Shown here piece by piece: positions 1-12,699 of a DNA stretch of 64,000 bases. The DNA comes from Phoronis australis (taxonomy: Eukaryota; Animalia; Phoronida), in assembly GCA_002633005.1 (NCBI GenBank), contig NMRA01000573.1:62001-126000 (forward strand), written 5' to 3'. Within the stretch, counting starts at the first letter, position 1, and each line of letters begins with the position of its first letter. The position numbers and the translations under genes were made by a program. The notes under the pieces were generated by a model. The model saw only the letters and a program-made list of their open reading frames with translations, was not told the origin of the DNA and did not search any database.

Positions 1-421
1 AGAAAAAGTGCATTGATGAAAACTATTGAAGAATATCACCAACATAATAATGTGGAGTACATATAACACTGATTTCATCAAGGTCCCAGTTGCACATACA
101 TAGAGGATGATTTGTGAGAAACGGGTACACTTCCGCACTGCAAGTTGTGTACGTATTTTACATACCAATATCTCCTCACATGAAACCCATAGGTTTGTGC
201 TTGGGGACCTCCAAAAACCTGAAGGTGGATTCATACCCCAGTGGGCTTGTGTTACAGTCGTGCATAAGATTTGATGACACATTTACATGTTGTGCTAGAA
301 CACTTAGAAATGAGGGAGATTCATTTGACAACACTCGAGAGGTAAGAGGGCCCGGATTTATACCCAAGACAATTCTAGACTTAAGTAAGAACAGTTAAAA
401 CGCCCATCGTGTTACACCTAC

Positions 422-3400
422 CTCCTTCTTGCGGATCATCGTCCAGTGCCTCATTAATCAGCTCATCGTATTCCTCAAACTTGTAGCTGATCTGCTTCCG
501 TTGTCGACACGATCTTTTGACAAACGTGTCGCTCTTGTTCTTCTTCTTCTTCATTGAACGTTCCTGGTCAAAGCTGCCACTGGACTCTGCCTCACTCTCT
601 GATTGTTTTTCCTGTGATTTGAAATTGAACAAATATCATTAAAAAATCCAGCATTAGGATTGTATCTCCTAGTTAGGAAACTGAAATGCTTAAAGAGAGA
701 TCTTCAACACTATTTGATACAAAACTAACACATATTTGTTGCAAATGCTTCAGCTTTTTAGATGCAACAACTTTACATTTCTGAAAGTCTCAATACAGCC
801 ATGTCCCATCAGCTGTTTTCCACAACAAAGACAAAAAATATTCCATCGGACAATTTACCTCACAAGTTATGGCTAACTGAGACTGGAAGAGAACTACCAT
901 AATGATATACTAAAGAAAATTGCTGGTTCAGACACTTGACACCAAATACTTACAAGTGTGACTAAGCAGAAATAATTACCAAAAATTATCTTTTTGAAGA
1001 CATGACGACAAAGAAACAAGTAAAATTTTCATCAGGATTTGAAATCAAGAAAGTTTTAATATCATCCAAAGAGAAAACACCCATTGACATGTATTTATTG
1101 AATACCCTTGTTACAACGCCACTGTCCACAGACACAATGATAGTTTTTTTCACAGAATTTAAAACATTTACATTTTGACAACTATTCCATAGCGACTAGA
1201 TCACAACACGTTGTGCACCTTCAACTCTGAAAAGTTGTAATAAAAAATGTTAGAAATAACCCTGACACTTTGACTTACCATTGGCAGGATGTTATTTAAG
1301 CTGATTCCAACAAATGCAAGCCGCTCTTGTCTGAAACAAAATAAAGCACGCATTGAAAAGATCATTTTGAAATACGATTTCAACATTAAATCATTCACAA
1401 CAGCATTTCGTAATTCAAATGTTTAACAAAACATAAGCTAGACTATAAGCATGTGTTTATGACAGATTTAAGAATGAAGTGAAAGAGAATTTTGTGGAAT
1501 GAAAAAACATATTTGAAGAATCAGAGCTGAATAAAGCTGAGCTACCACAAAACAAAAAGTCTGCTTTTTTAAATTTTAAAATTGTTTAAAAACAAAAACC
1601 ATACAACTGAATACACAGATCTTGTCATGACTCTTTTGAGTGGTAACTACAAGAAATACGGAATGGATTTGCCAAATTAAGAAATTGTACTTGATCATGT
1701 TTTATTGTCTTACGTGATGTATTTTTTCGACAAATCATGTTTAGTTATTAAAAGGAACAACCAAATCAACAAATGGAGAAGACATAACCTTTTCATGAGT
1801 CTCTCCCTTTTCTTCGACTGTGCATCCAAGTCCGTCAAAGCCTCTTTCAACCGCTCAATCAACATTTCCTGTGTGGAAGACAAACTGAACAATAAAACAC
1901 TGTCATACGTTAACAGGGTTAAGACCAATAAGAATTATTTGACCAAATCAAGTACAAATGACCAGTACAGGTTTGAAGTTTTGATTAGCAAACACTTAAA
2001 TGTAAAAAATATGCTTTTGCAAAACTCACGAAATCATTATTCAACACCACTTTTTGATGTTTCCATTAATTAATTAAAACTAATATATATCAGAATTAAA
2101 GTAGGGTGGCTTCAAAAAATATTAATAAAGAATAAATCAGTTATAACTTTTAATGTCAACTTAAAATGAGTTATTACACAAGTAACAATAATGCATCAAC
2201 AAACAAATATGTGGATGCATAAACACACTAGCATTGTTTGTTTGTTTTGAATCCAGCGAGGTCAGAGGTCAACTCACATGGTCACATGGCTGGCAGAACC
2301 ACTCTCCTTCTGGCACTACCATGAGTGGAGGTCGTACGCATGACATGTGATAACCTTGATCACACTTGTCACACAGCAACATCTGCAGAAAACATGCAGT
2401 CATTCAACACAGTGCATGCACATACCAAGGGTACATTTTATCAAACGTCTAAAGTCCTGCCACAGCTAAGACGGTCGTAGACACATTATTGCAAAATGCA
2501 AAATCCAACATTCTTTTAGAAGAGCAAAAATATTGCAACTGACATACACTTGCCAATTTCTCATATTCAAACTTAACAGACACCCTCATGAGCTTCGGTA
2601 AAAAGTGTGTGCAAATTAAAATCAAAATTACGACCGTCTTAGCTAAGACTGGACCAACAATCTATAAAAAACAGGCCCCAAGCCTACATCAAACAATCCT
2701 GCAAACCAGCCAGTCACTTTCATAATGCCATCAGGGTACACTGATCATCATTCAAGGTGTCAACAATGTTACAGCCTCAATACCATCACCTGTTAAACTG
2801 AGCACTTCACAACCAATATTTAACAGCACCTACAAGTCAATTCATTTGAGCCTGTACTCTCAGATACCTCAACTGCATTGTAATACCCATCACACTTTTC
2901 TTCCTCACTATGAGAACTGACATCCAACTGGGGGCGCCATTATGCAGAAGCGAGATCCAGAGAACACTGGCTTGCAAACCAAGGGAACAGAACCCACTGA
3001 CTTGCAGTTACTTAAACCTTAACTACTAAGCTACCCAGCACACTTCTTACATTTTGCCAACTGTTCTTGAAGCCAGAAATGTCCGTGTTTGGAACTTGGC
3101 AACCATTTTTTTCTGTAAGACAGCACTAAAACTATTGAATGAAAGGACAATGAATTACTTTACCAGGTCTGGATGATTGAACTTCAAACACTTGTTGCAC
3201 GGTGTGTCATCAGGGATGCTTGGATCACTGGTCTCAACAGGTGGCGCTGGGGGAAACAAAGGTTAAAGTGCATCCAACAATGAGCAACTGGATTTCAACC
3301 AGAGTATGGAATTAAGGAAAATAAATGAGATTGCATTTTGTTAGTGAGGGCGCAAAAACATACAGAGCAACATTAATAATAGCTGTGTCAAGTTGTTTGA

Positions 3401-6400
3401 GTCAAGTCACTAAATTTTAGTTTTAAAAGGTAGGGGCAAGTACAAAAAAATCTGACGAACACCTTCAAAAACAACACAGGCTCCCGCCTCACTGCTAATG
3501 TCAGAGTAAACCATAAATAATACACATGATAGATTACGATTAATATTACTGAATAATTATACGATATGCAATTAATTAAATTTAACGGTAACTGAAAAGC
3601 CTTAAGAAGACAAAAAGAATACACGACTACTGAAGTTATGCTCACCTTTCCTCTTCTTTTTGGATTTTGGACAATAATCCGAGTCACCACTTTCACTCTC
3701 GTTCTCAAACTTGAACGACTCATCATCGGAAGATACCTTCTTCTTCTTTTTCATCTTCTTGTTCCCAACTGCACTCGCACCTTTCTTCAATGGCGTATCT
3801 TTCTCTTTCTCAGACTCTGATCCATCAACCTCTCCTGTTTCTTCTTTGGCCTCCACAATCACAGGTTTCCTCGCTCGCTGGCTACGTCTTGGTGAGAAGT
3901 TCTCATCAACTGTATTCTGCACTTTTTTCTTCCTTTGTTTTGCCACACTCACTCTTGATCTACCTTTAATCAACTTTGTGCTAGCTTTTGCCATTTCTTT
4001 CTCACCACCATCATCAGAATCAGCATCATCTTGCAGGTCTTCACCCTCAGTCTTCCGCCCTCCATCCTTATCGTTAAGCGAACCATCGTCTCCATTATCT
4101 TTCACACTCCCATCACTACCGGTGCCACCTTCAGGAGGCTTGCTGTCATGACTGAATTTATCTCCTAACCCATCATCATTCATACACAAAACTTGCTGTT
4201 TCAAAGCTTCTTTGTTCATGTCTAAGTTCATACCAATGCATTCCTTTTCCAAGGTTTGATTTTCACACTTCACAGCAGACTTGGTGTCCCCACTCTCTTC
4301 ACCAAGGCTTTCAGCATTTTTGTCATCCAGGTTTTCAGTGTTACCATTGTCAGTGACTTCAGCAGGCTCATTTTTAACATCAACTTGCTGACTACTTGTT
4401 CTGCCAATCACACCATCTTGATTTATCTCCCCTTTAGTTTCAATGCCTCCACCACCATCCAGCAGATTATTGTCATCATTATCAGGAAGTTTGTCTCCAC
4501 TTTTCGCACCATTTATTTCAGAATCTACATTCTCTCTGTGGATATCTTTCACACCATCGTCATTGTTATTAGAACTGGCCCCCTGTTTCTTGCTAGGGTC
4601 TTCATTTTCAGTGTTGTCAGAGGAAGGAGTCTTTTCTTTTTCTTGTAAAGCTGGAATATAAACAACAGGCAACTGTATGTATGTGACAAATACGATTTTC
4701 CAGAACTATGAAATTTCATCTTTATATTTTCCACAAACCATGTGTTTCTCCTATAGCAATAAAAATTCATAAGTCTAATTTCAAAATCAGTCATGCATAC
4801 CACTACAAAAATTCAAACTTCCTCTAAGGCTAATTGCTCCAAACAGACTCCTTCTGACAAACACAGATGCAAGTAATGCTAGACTAGTATAATAGCCGAG
4901 ACTAGATGGCTTATGAATGGTCATAGAAACGATGTTGAGTAACAGGGCAATGAAGGCTGGCTCTCTCAACAAGGGCACTGACTGATTCATCCATCACAGC
5001 AATTCACTTTTACTTTTAATTTGACATTGATGTCCAACTGGTAACGACAACACATTTATAATCTCACTGTCCAAGCTTCATCTCACATGACTCCAACTAA
5101 GGAAGTCAGTAGCGTCAAGACCTGTATTTTAGCCTCAGGGCTTGGAATGATCAATGACAAAAAACGCGGAAACTTTTACGGCCCAAAACATGCGCGCTAC
5201 CCAGCCTTGAAATAGTCGATGTGAACCTTTCGCCGACAAAAATCGGTAGGACTAAAAACAAAACAAAAAAAAACGTTACCACCATCAGTAGCATGCGTCT
5301 GCGTCTTTTTATCTCGTCCATCCACTCCTCCACTCCCATCCCCACATTTTTGGCTGCAGAGCCGTAGTATTTGTCACCGCGGTTTACAATCACGCGAGAC
5401 GCCATTGAAAATCCCACCACACTATCCCAGATGCCCCGGCAATGTTGACAATTTACGTTCCTCCGAAACATAAAGAGCAACTTCCGCTTTTCGAGGTGAA
5501 CGTCGTAGGCAACGCCACGGTAAGAAAGGAATTTGCCGCGGAAATTTTATATCAAATCCGATTTTTTTACGTGGAAATATAATAAAATGCGCGGACAGAA
5601 CATTTGAAAAAAGCGGAAATCCGCGTTTCCGCGGAAAATTCCAAGCCCTGTAGCCTACTGAGTGCTGGAGTCAGGGCTCAACACTAACGGTTGCCCGATT
5701 GCCCGTGTACATGTAGATTTTGCGTCGGGCAAGTGGAATTTGAAAAGTACTTGCCCGATGGGCAAGTTAAAAAGCTAGCTGCATAGGCAAGTAGATCCTA
5801 AGATTGTCTGCTCGACATTTGCTCCAAAGTAACGAACCCCGACACAAGCCTAAAAACCGTCGAAAATGCCCCTGTGGCCGTCAAAGAAACTCCCGTCTTC
5901 GAATGAGCACCGAAAGGAAAATAGAACGAGTGTGGTGCAACGTGTACAGATGACGCTCGCGGTCAAATCCTTTCGATTCTCTGAACGTGCCTGCAGTTTC
6001 TGAATAAGTTGTCACGTGATACTACTGATCGTCTGCACTCTGGCAAAACGTCTAGGCCTGGACGGCACTGGTTTAGTTGCTAAAAAACGAGTTCAGGAAG
6101 AATCAAAGCAATAATATGAAACAAAAAGTGCGGGGATGGGTTCCGTCATGGGAAATTAGGTTTTCTGGCCTGCGAGACAGTGAACAAGGGATGACGTTTG
6201 ATTTTTGCCGGCGTTTACCTATGTACAGCTGGAAGCACTGCGTTCGTCAGAGGATGTAATTGTAAGTCATGCAGATAAGCGCAAAAGCTAAAAAGTGAAT
6301 GATTGACGACATATTTTCTACACTTCACAGCAGTTTAAAAGGCCTGGTATCTATTCAGGGGGAATTCCAAAGGACATTCTTATGAATTTTCGGCTCCCGG

Positions 6401-9400
6401 TGGCGACTCTCGAAAGAAGAGGAATACGGTCTTCGGGATTGCCGCTCTGAAGTCTGAAGGGTGACTTTTTCGCGGTCTATCTATTTTTCAAAAATGTAAT
6501 TATTTATTGAAAATAAAAGTATATGTGGCATTATTATATGTTAAAATTTGATTTTAATTTAATACAAGCTACCGGTGACCAAAACTGCAAGATTTTTACG
6601 GATAGCAAAAAATGAAATTCAGGTTAGCAACAACTCAAGTTTAATGCATGAGGGCGTATAAACTAATGAATACACAGAAGTGTCCAGAGTTCATGCCCTA
6701 GCTCATTTCGGCGCCTGTGAACGTGTGACAATGGTTCAGATACCATAGTTACTCTTCTAATTTGTCTCTCTAGTGTTTTGACACACCTTATAAATAAATG
6801 TTCTATAAGAAAAATCGTTAAAAAAATAGCAACTCATGTATATAGCGTGCACAACACAAGAGGAGGCTCAGCAAAGGCAGCCCTATGGTAACACATTACC
6901 TAGGTGTGCACATGCACGGTCATTTGGGATTGTACTTGGGGCAAGTGAATTCGGTGTTCGGGCAAGTAAAAATTTCAACTACTTGCCCGAAGGGCAAGTG
7001 GCTTAAAAAGTTAATGTTGAGCCCTGCTGGAGGCTGGAATGAGGCTAATAGTCTGCTTGACAATCTAGCACCCACCATCGTCACAAGGTGTCGCTGCCCT
7101 ACTACTTTCTGTGGTGATAGAGACTGGTGCACTTTGCAGTGTAAACACAAGATTGGCCAAGTCATCTCTGTTCCTGTAATAAAGAGTGATGGAACGTCCT
7201 TGTTATACAGGTTGATGGAACATCCTTGTTATACAGGGTGATCGAACATCCATCTAATAAAGATTGAAGGAACATTGTGCCATATAAAAACTGCTTAATG
7301 TTTAGTACAAAATTGGTATTGTCCAAGTTTTACTGATTGAGTGAATTTACAAAATTTCTGGCAAGCAGTGTATGTCATGCACATCAAGTTAACTTCTTCA
7401 TATCGCAAAAAACACACAGGTGCAGAATGAGGACTACTTATTATGTTTGACACTGTTCTGTGTTCTGCATGCTACATGCCATATGTCAGAAAGCAGCAGC
7501 TAAAGTTATATAAAATTTTGACGCACAAACCAATCAGAAAAGTTTCTTCCTTAAAAAAATAACTGCAGGCGGTCTGATAGTCGTTGCACCAGAAGTGCGC
7601 AGGCTACGCATGTGGGCCCATTGCACTGATCACCTAGAACCATTTTTATGCTTTATTAATGTATAGTTAAAACCGAGCTGAGGAGCTAGAAACCTGACTC
7701 AAGGTCTAGCACTGTGGCCCAGTAGGACTTAACCCACGACCTCGAGTAAAGATGGCGGGCACATATCACACTAGGCCACACTGCCTTCCTTAAGAACGCC
7801 TTCCTTAAAAACATAGATAAGAGATTACACAGTATAATATAACAAAGGAGGGCATTTTGTTATAATGTTCTCCTGTCATGAGGTCTTTAGTTAACCTTCC
7901 ACCAACAGATGGAGCTGTGGTAGTACATAACCAGTGTGAGCTGCAGTTTGGCATGGTTCAGGAGACAGTAGCCTAAGGAAGAGGTTCAGTCGTGAAACTC
8001 TCGCCCGCTAATTCAGAATAGTCAACAATGGTGCGGCTTCATGGACTCACCCAACAGCTCTCTACAGTAAAGCAGTGGTTATCTTATTCAGGACTGTGCA
8101 AAATGGACACTTACAAAAAGATATCATTCACTGGTTTGTATTGTGCTTCTGTTATTCCGATAAAATTATACTTTGCTACTGTGGTACGTAACAGCCGGAT
8201 ATAGGCAGTCTGCAAAGCGAGTCTTAATAAAGACTGTCTGTTAGCTGTACCTGCAGATAATGCCCCATGTGTCTGCCTCTGTGTCGTCTTGCTCTTCTCT
8301 GTACACCTGAATGTTGTACTCATGGTCCTGAAGCAAGACGGCTCGTTTTGTATTCATCAATACAATCACTTCTAGTTCAAAATCTGGGAAAGTGTCACGT
8401 GCTTTGTGAAGATATTTTAAAGACAACCAAGCACAGTGATGTAGTTTCAAGTTAACGTTTTTTGAAAGGAAAAATACTTTTAGCATTAACCCCGACTTAG
8501 AGAAAATATTTGTACAAATAGAATGAAAACTTAATTTTCAAGTATCAAGCCATTTCAATCTCACATCAGAATAAAAAACCTCACTTCCGGTAGAGTCATA
8601 AGTATGGCACAAAGCTTGAGTGACTCATAAACACGGCCCATGACTCACTTCAGAGTTAGTTTTAGTAAGTTTACAGCTCCGAGCCCATGTTCGTGAGTGC
8701 AGACTTACATTCGTAAGTGCGCAAGCTGTGTTGAGATTCAGTTTTACAGTAAATGTTCCCAGGCAACAGAAGCATAGAAACAAATGAATCTACAGGATGT
8801 GAGAACAGCTAACAATGATGAGAAACTGCATGAATTTGTACGAATGAACTAAAGCCCTCACTGCAAAATCTTTCAACACAAGAAGAATACTTACCACAAA
8901 GTACCAATAGGCTAAGCCGTTACGGTCTCGGCCAATGGGGAGGAATCTCAACACAGCGGGATCTAGGTCACTGATCTTCTCACGGAATTTGTTGTTTCTG
9001 TCAAACTGACTTTCCAATAAAAACTACAATAGACAACACTAATCAAGTCGTGCCAAATGTGTGGATGCAGAAATGTATTGAATGAGTTTTGAGATGAAGA
9101 CCCAAGCCGGCATATTAACAGGGCTTGGAATGAACCATGACAAAAAAGAGGAAATTTTTACAGCCCTAAATACACATTTCAATCTAAACCATACCTCAAC
9201 AGATTGAAAGTAAACATTATTATCACAAGATGCCCTGTAACTGTGTCGTGTTGGCAAAACGCACTCATCTTAAGCAGTACCTGACATCTATTTAAGCAAC
9301 AACAATGAAGGCAATTAAATGCAACAAAAGATATTTTTATAAAAATTTTTAAAAAATAAAGACGATGCAAAATTTAGAGTATGAGTGGCAGGAGCTTATT

Positions 9401-11904
9401 CTTGATTTGCTGCAGGGAGACTTATAAAGTTATTTTCTGTTCTTATAATTATGATACAAAATTACGAAGAAATTTGAAAATCTACTCTGAGATTATCTGG
9501 AAAGCCTAAAATACATACATATTTAATTCCAACAAAAACTTTAATTCCAACGCAAATGGAAAAAGTCAAGATGAAAACTTGTGGCTCATACCCCAACTCT
9601 TAGCATGGAAAAATGAAAGTCAAAAACATATTTTAAACTATAGAATACATCAATCATAATCCTAAGTTGGCCAAACTTCAGTTTCATAAGCCATGCTGGT
9701 GTAGAACAAACTATGTGACATAAGAAATAACTACAAGGACACTGAAAATAGGCTGGAATTTGTAAACAATGGCTTAGACTAATCAGATCATTCAGAATCT
9801 GTCACGTGGTCACTTCTCTCTTGAACTGCAAAACTGGACTCAGTCAAAACAAGACTTTTTAGAAAAATTAAGCATGAAAAATGTCAAAATAAATTGGAAT
9901 ACATCAACGGCAATTTAAAACACATATGTAGTAGCGAAAATAGCACTTTGTATCCTATGTCGGCAGCACGTAGAAAATCGCAGTCAAGCAAAGGGCCTAG
10001 CACTAACCATGCACCAACTTAGCAAGTGCTGCTGGCACGGGTTTACATGTGGAATCAAACAAAAGAATTTCATACATCACTCACATCCCATGATATGATT
10101 TCAATCCAACGAATTACCAGTTACAATTGAATTTCCTTTCAGGAAGCGTTGTTATTCCTAGTGTTTTATCGTTTTCCATCAGTCCTCCGACCCTTAGGCC
10201 AAGGGCCAGGCGACACGGCCACGCACGCCGTAATTGTTCCTCTGTCAAAGTTTACAGAGCGCAAACCCTAACTTTTGTTGTTTGTGAACACATGGACTGT
10301 TTCTTTTATCCACTTTTCTCCACAAAATATTCTGTCTACTCCATGCATTTTTGGCTGCAGAATCGCACTATTTGTCACCGCAATTTAATACCAAATGCAG
10401 ACACCATTGATGACCCACCAGCACAGGCGCTTGAGTTTATTTGTTCCTGGATCGCCACTGATGTCACCCACTACTAAGAAAACATGTTTCTTATGGTTAT
10501 GAGTCATCGGGAAATTCGAGTGCCTGTGATCCCACGCAATTACAATTTTCGTTCCTCTGAAAGAGCAGTTTCTGCTTTCCATGTCGTCGGCAACGCCGCA
10601 GTGAGAAACCAATTTGCCGCGATAATTTTATGGCAAATCTGATTTTTTCTGCGGAAATATATCAAAAATACGTGGAGGGAAGAAGAGAAAAAGTGGAAAT
10701 CCGCGAACCTGGAAAATTCCAAGCCTTGTATTAAAAACATCTTACAGAGGTTCCACCTCAAAACACAAATCAAAGCAAATGTTTTTAAAGATGGCATTAC
10801 ATGTGGCTTTTGAATACAAACCTTGAGTATCCTGAGTTTGGTGGACACATTTAATTTACGGTAACCCTTCTTGTTACATTCCCACGCGTCCACTTCCGAG
10901 AACTGTGAACACAACTGAAAGAAAAACATGGCAGCGTGTTAATGTCAAACTGACTCGTGTCATATGCCGAAACAGATTACAGAGCTCTAACGTTGAAGGT
11001 CTCTAGTTACTAGCTGGTATGATTCAACACAGTTAGTATACTTTGAAACAGTCCTATATTAAAAATGTTGCGCTAAAAATCTGACAAAATTGCAGAGGTA
11101 AGAGTTTACTCCGGGGCAAGGGTAACACATATTGCATATATTCTACTTCCAGTGGTGAGGATTTGATTGATTGATATGCCTGTGAAAATTATGCTTCAAG
11201 TCCATTAACTGGACTCATAATTTACTGATGACCCCATGGCTCCAATGTACATGTCTCAACTAGCTCAAGTGTGAAACCTATGACAAGAGTTACTGCACAA
11301 CCATCTTGTAGAGCAGGCCTACAGTTTGGCTGTGGTATTGCAACAAACCTTGGCCAGTTGTTTCTGCCATTCTTCCCTCTTTAATGAGCGTACAAGGCGA
11401 CGCATAAGAAACACATGGATCTGCTCCAGGAGTTCACTTACTGAAATAACAGGACTGAAATATATTGCATGTTAATAATCAACCATCAACCATCAACCGC
11501 ACAAAACATACAACGCAAGGATCTCTACCTAAGCCACAAGCATTCTAATACTAAGCGTTAAGTGTTATTTTCATAGAGATGAAAACGCTTCCTACGAATG
11601 TCCGAAAGATCTCCGTTTCTAATGCAACATAGCATTTCTTAATTGTCGTCCTCAAGAATCTCTTCACGTTTCATGAGATGATTTGAATATCATTCTGATA
11701 CCATGTTTTCAACACTTTTCTTGCTTGTAATCCACACAGTGCATTGAAACAGTGCTTACCTCCTTTAGTATCTTCGATATCCTCTGCAAGCTGGATTGTT
11801 GAAATATTTGGCAAACCTAAATTTTCGCCAAAGCGCTTTAAAAATGAGCATATCACTGCAAAGTTCGGGTCTGAAAAGCAAGCGCTTTGTCCTGTGTCCG
11901 CCAT
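422..11904 (-). CDS. RSF1: Remodeling and spacing factor 1 (RSF1)-like chromatin remodelling subunit; 5' part, gene continues beyond the left edge
   Basis: Twelve phase-consistent GT-AG exons: 11760-11904, 11349-11440, 10822-10914, 8895-9023, 8251-8327, 7076-7173, 3646-4650, 3164-3246, 2278-2382, 1789-1868, 1279-1330, 422-611. They give an N-terminal DDT-like region (DPNFAVICSFLKRFG), WHIM-type motifs (KLRILKFLLESQFDRN; LPIGRDRNGLAYWYF; VYREEQDD..TWGIICRNRDDLA), a long acidic/Lys-rich linker, a PHD finger (CNKC..HPDLMLLCDKCDQGYHMSCVRPPLMVVPEGEWFCQPC), then RQERLAFVGISLNNIL and RQRKQISYKFEEYDELI. This is the RSF1 domain order. Confidence 0.93.
2429..2678. mobile_element. Degenerate MITE (Harbinger-like) in RSF1 intron
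   Basis: Inverted subterminal blocks AGCTAAGACGGTCGTA / TACGACCGTCTTAGCT, GGG...CCC ends, and an apparent 3-bp flanking duplication CAA. Confidence 0.5.
5136..5650. mobile_element. Non-autonomous hAT-like DNA transposon (515 bp) with 6-bp TSD
   Basis: TIR CAGGGCTTGGAAT...ATTCCAAGCCCTG, flanked on both sides by TAGCCT; homologous to both ends of the 9119-10728 element. Confidence 0.85.
5672..7026. mobile_element. Non-autonomous TIR DNA transposon (~1.35 kb)
   Basis: TIR CAGGGCTCAACACTAAC...GTTAATGTTGAGCCCTG; repeated subterminal TTGCCCG/GGGCAAGT motifs at both ends; flanks CTGGAGT / CTGGAGG (near-perfect 7-bp TSD). Confidence 0.85.
7590..7790 (-). mobile_element. Degenerate tRNA-derived SINE fragment
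   Basis: Minus strand reads AGGAAGGCAGTGTGGCCTAGTG (A-box-like)...GTGGGTTAAGTCC (B-box-like), followed by a SINE-core-like segment. Boundaries approximate. Confidence 0.45.
9119..10728. mobile_element. Longer (1.6 kb) member of the CAGGGCTTGGAAT hAT-like family with 6-bp TSD
   Basis: TIR CAGGGCTTGGAAT...ATTCCAAGCCTTG; perfect TSD TATTAA (9113-9118, 10729-10734); the right ~400 bp aligns by eye with 5340-5650. Confidence 0.85.
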
Positions 11905-12699
11905 CTTTGTTATTTACATAGTATCGAATGTTGCCACTAGGTGGTACTTTTTACGATCTGACTTGTCTCGCAGTAGTAGTAGTAGTAATAATCTTTATTT
12001 ATAAGTCGGTGAACCTTAACAATGAAACATTAGCACAGGTGCTATTATCCGACAGATTTAAAATCTACAAAATGAACAGGACTAAAATACTAGCTAATTC
12101 TACAGTACGGAGAATATACAGAACCTAAACATAAATGTAAATACAAAAGTACACATACATGTTACGGAGCGTGTAGGCATCCATAGCAGTTTTCACAAGA
12201 GCAGATCTCAGAGAAAAAGTCATGAGCAAGAGTGGCAAATTCATTTACGTGTTACACTTCAACTTGGAATCCTCCTTAATCTCAAGAATAAGCGGAAGTG
12301 AGTTTTGAGTGAACTTGGAATTCCAAGATCAAGCAAAAGATCTTGAGATTAAGCAAACTGCCAAACCCCGTACGTGAACTGTGAACTTGGAATTAAGCGA
12401 TTGCCTGGCACACAATCACAGAACAAGGCGCTTGGGCTGAAATCGTTATTGAACCGGTAGGCTACGGAGAGAAAAGATTTCTAAGAGATAAAGCTTCCGT
12501 GGCCTGGTCATGAATACTGGTTAGTACCGAGGGACTGGAATAAAAAATCATTTAAGGACTGTATTGTGATTACATGTCCCTCAGTAATGCACCGGGCATT
12601 CAAGGTCATAGCCCTCCGGCTACGGTGGTCATTTGAGTCGTATTTTTTTATTAAAAAGCTGGATGTTTGAAATTAGTGCCTGGTTGACGTTTGATCAAG

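Noticed and set aside
176-367. Additional RSF1 exon
   Set aside because: No recognisable RSF1 similarity or convincing acceptor site; left unassigned.
3638-4661. Plus-strand ORFs rich in F/S/L
   Set aside because: Antisense shadows of the large acidic RSF1 exon.
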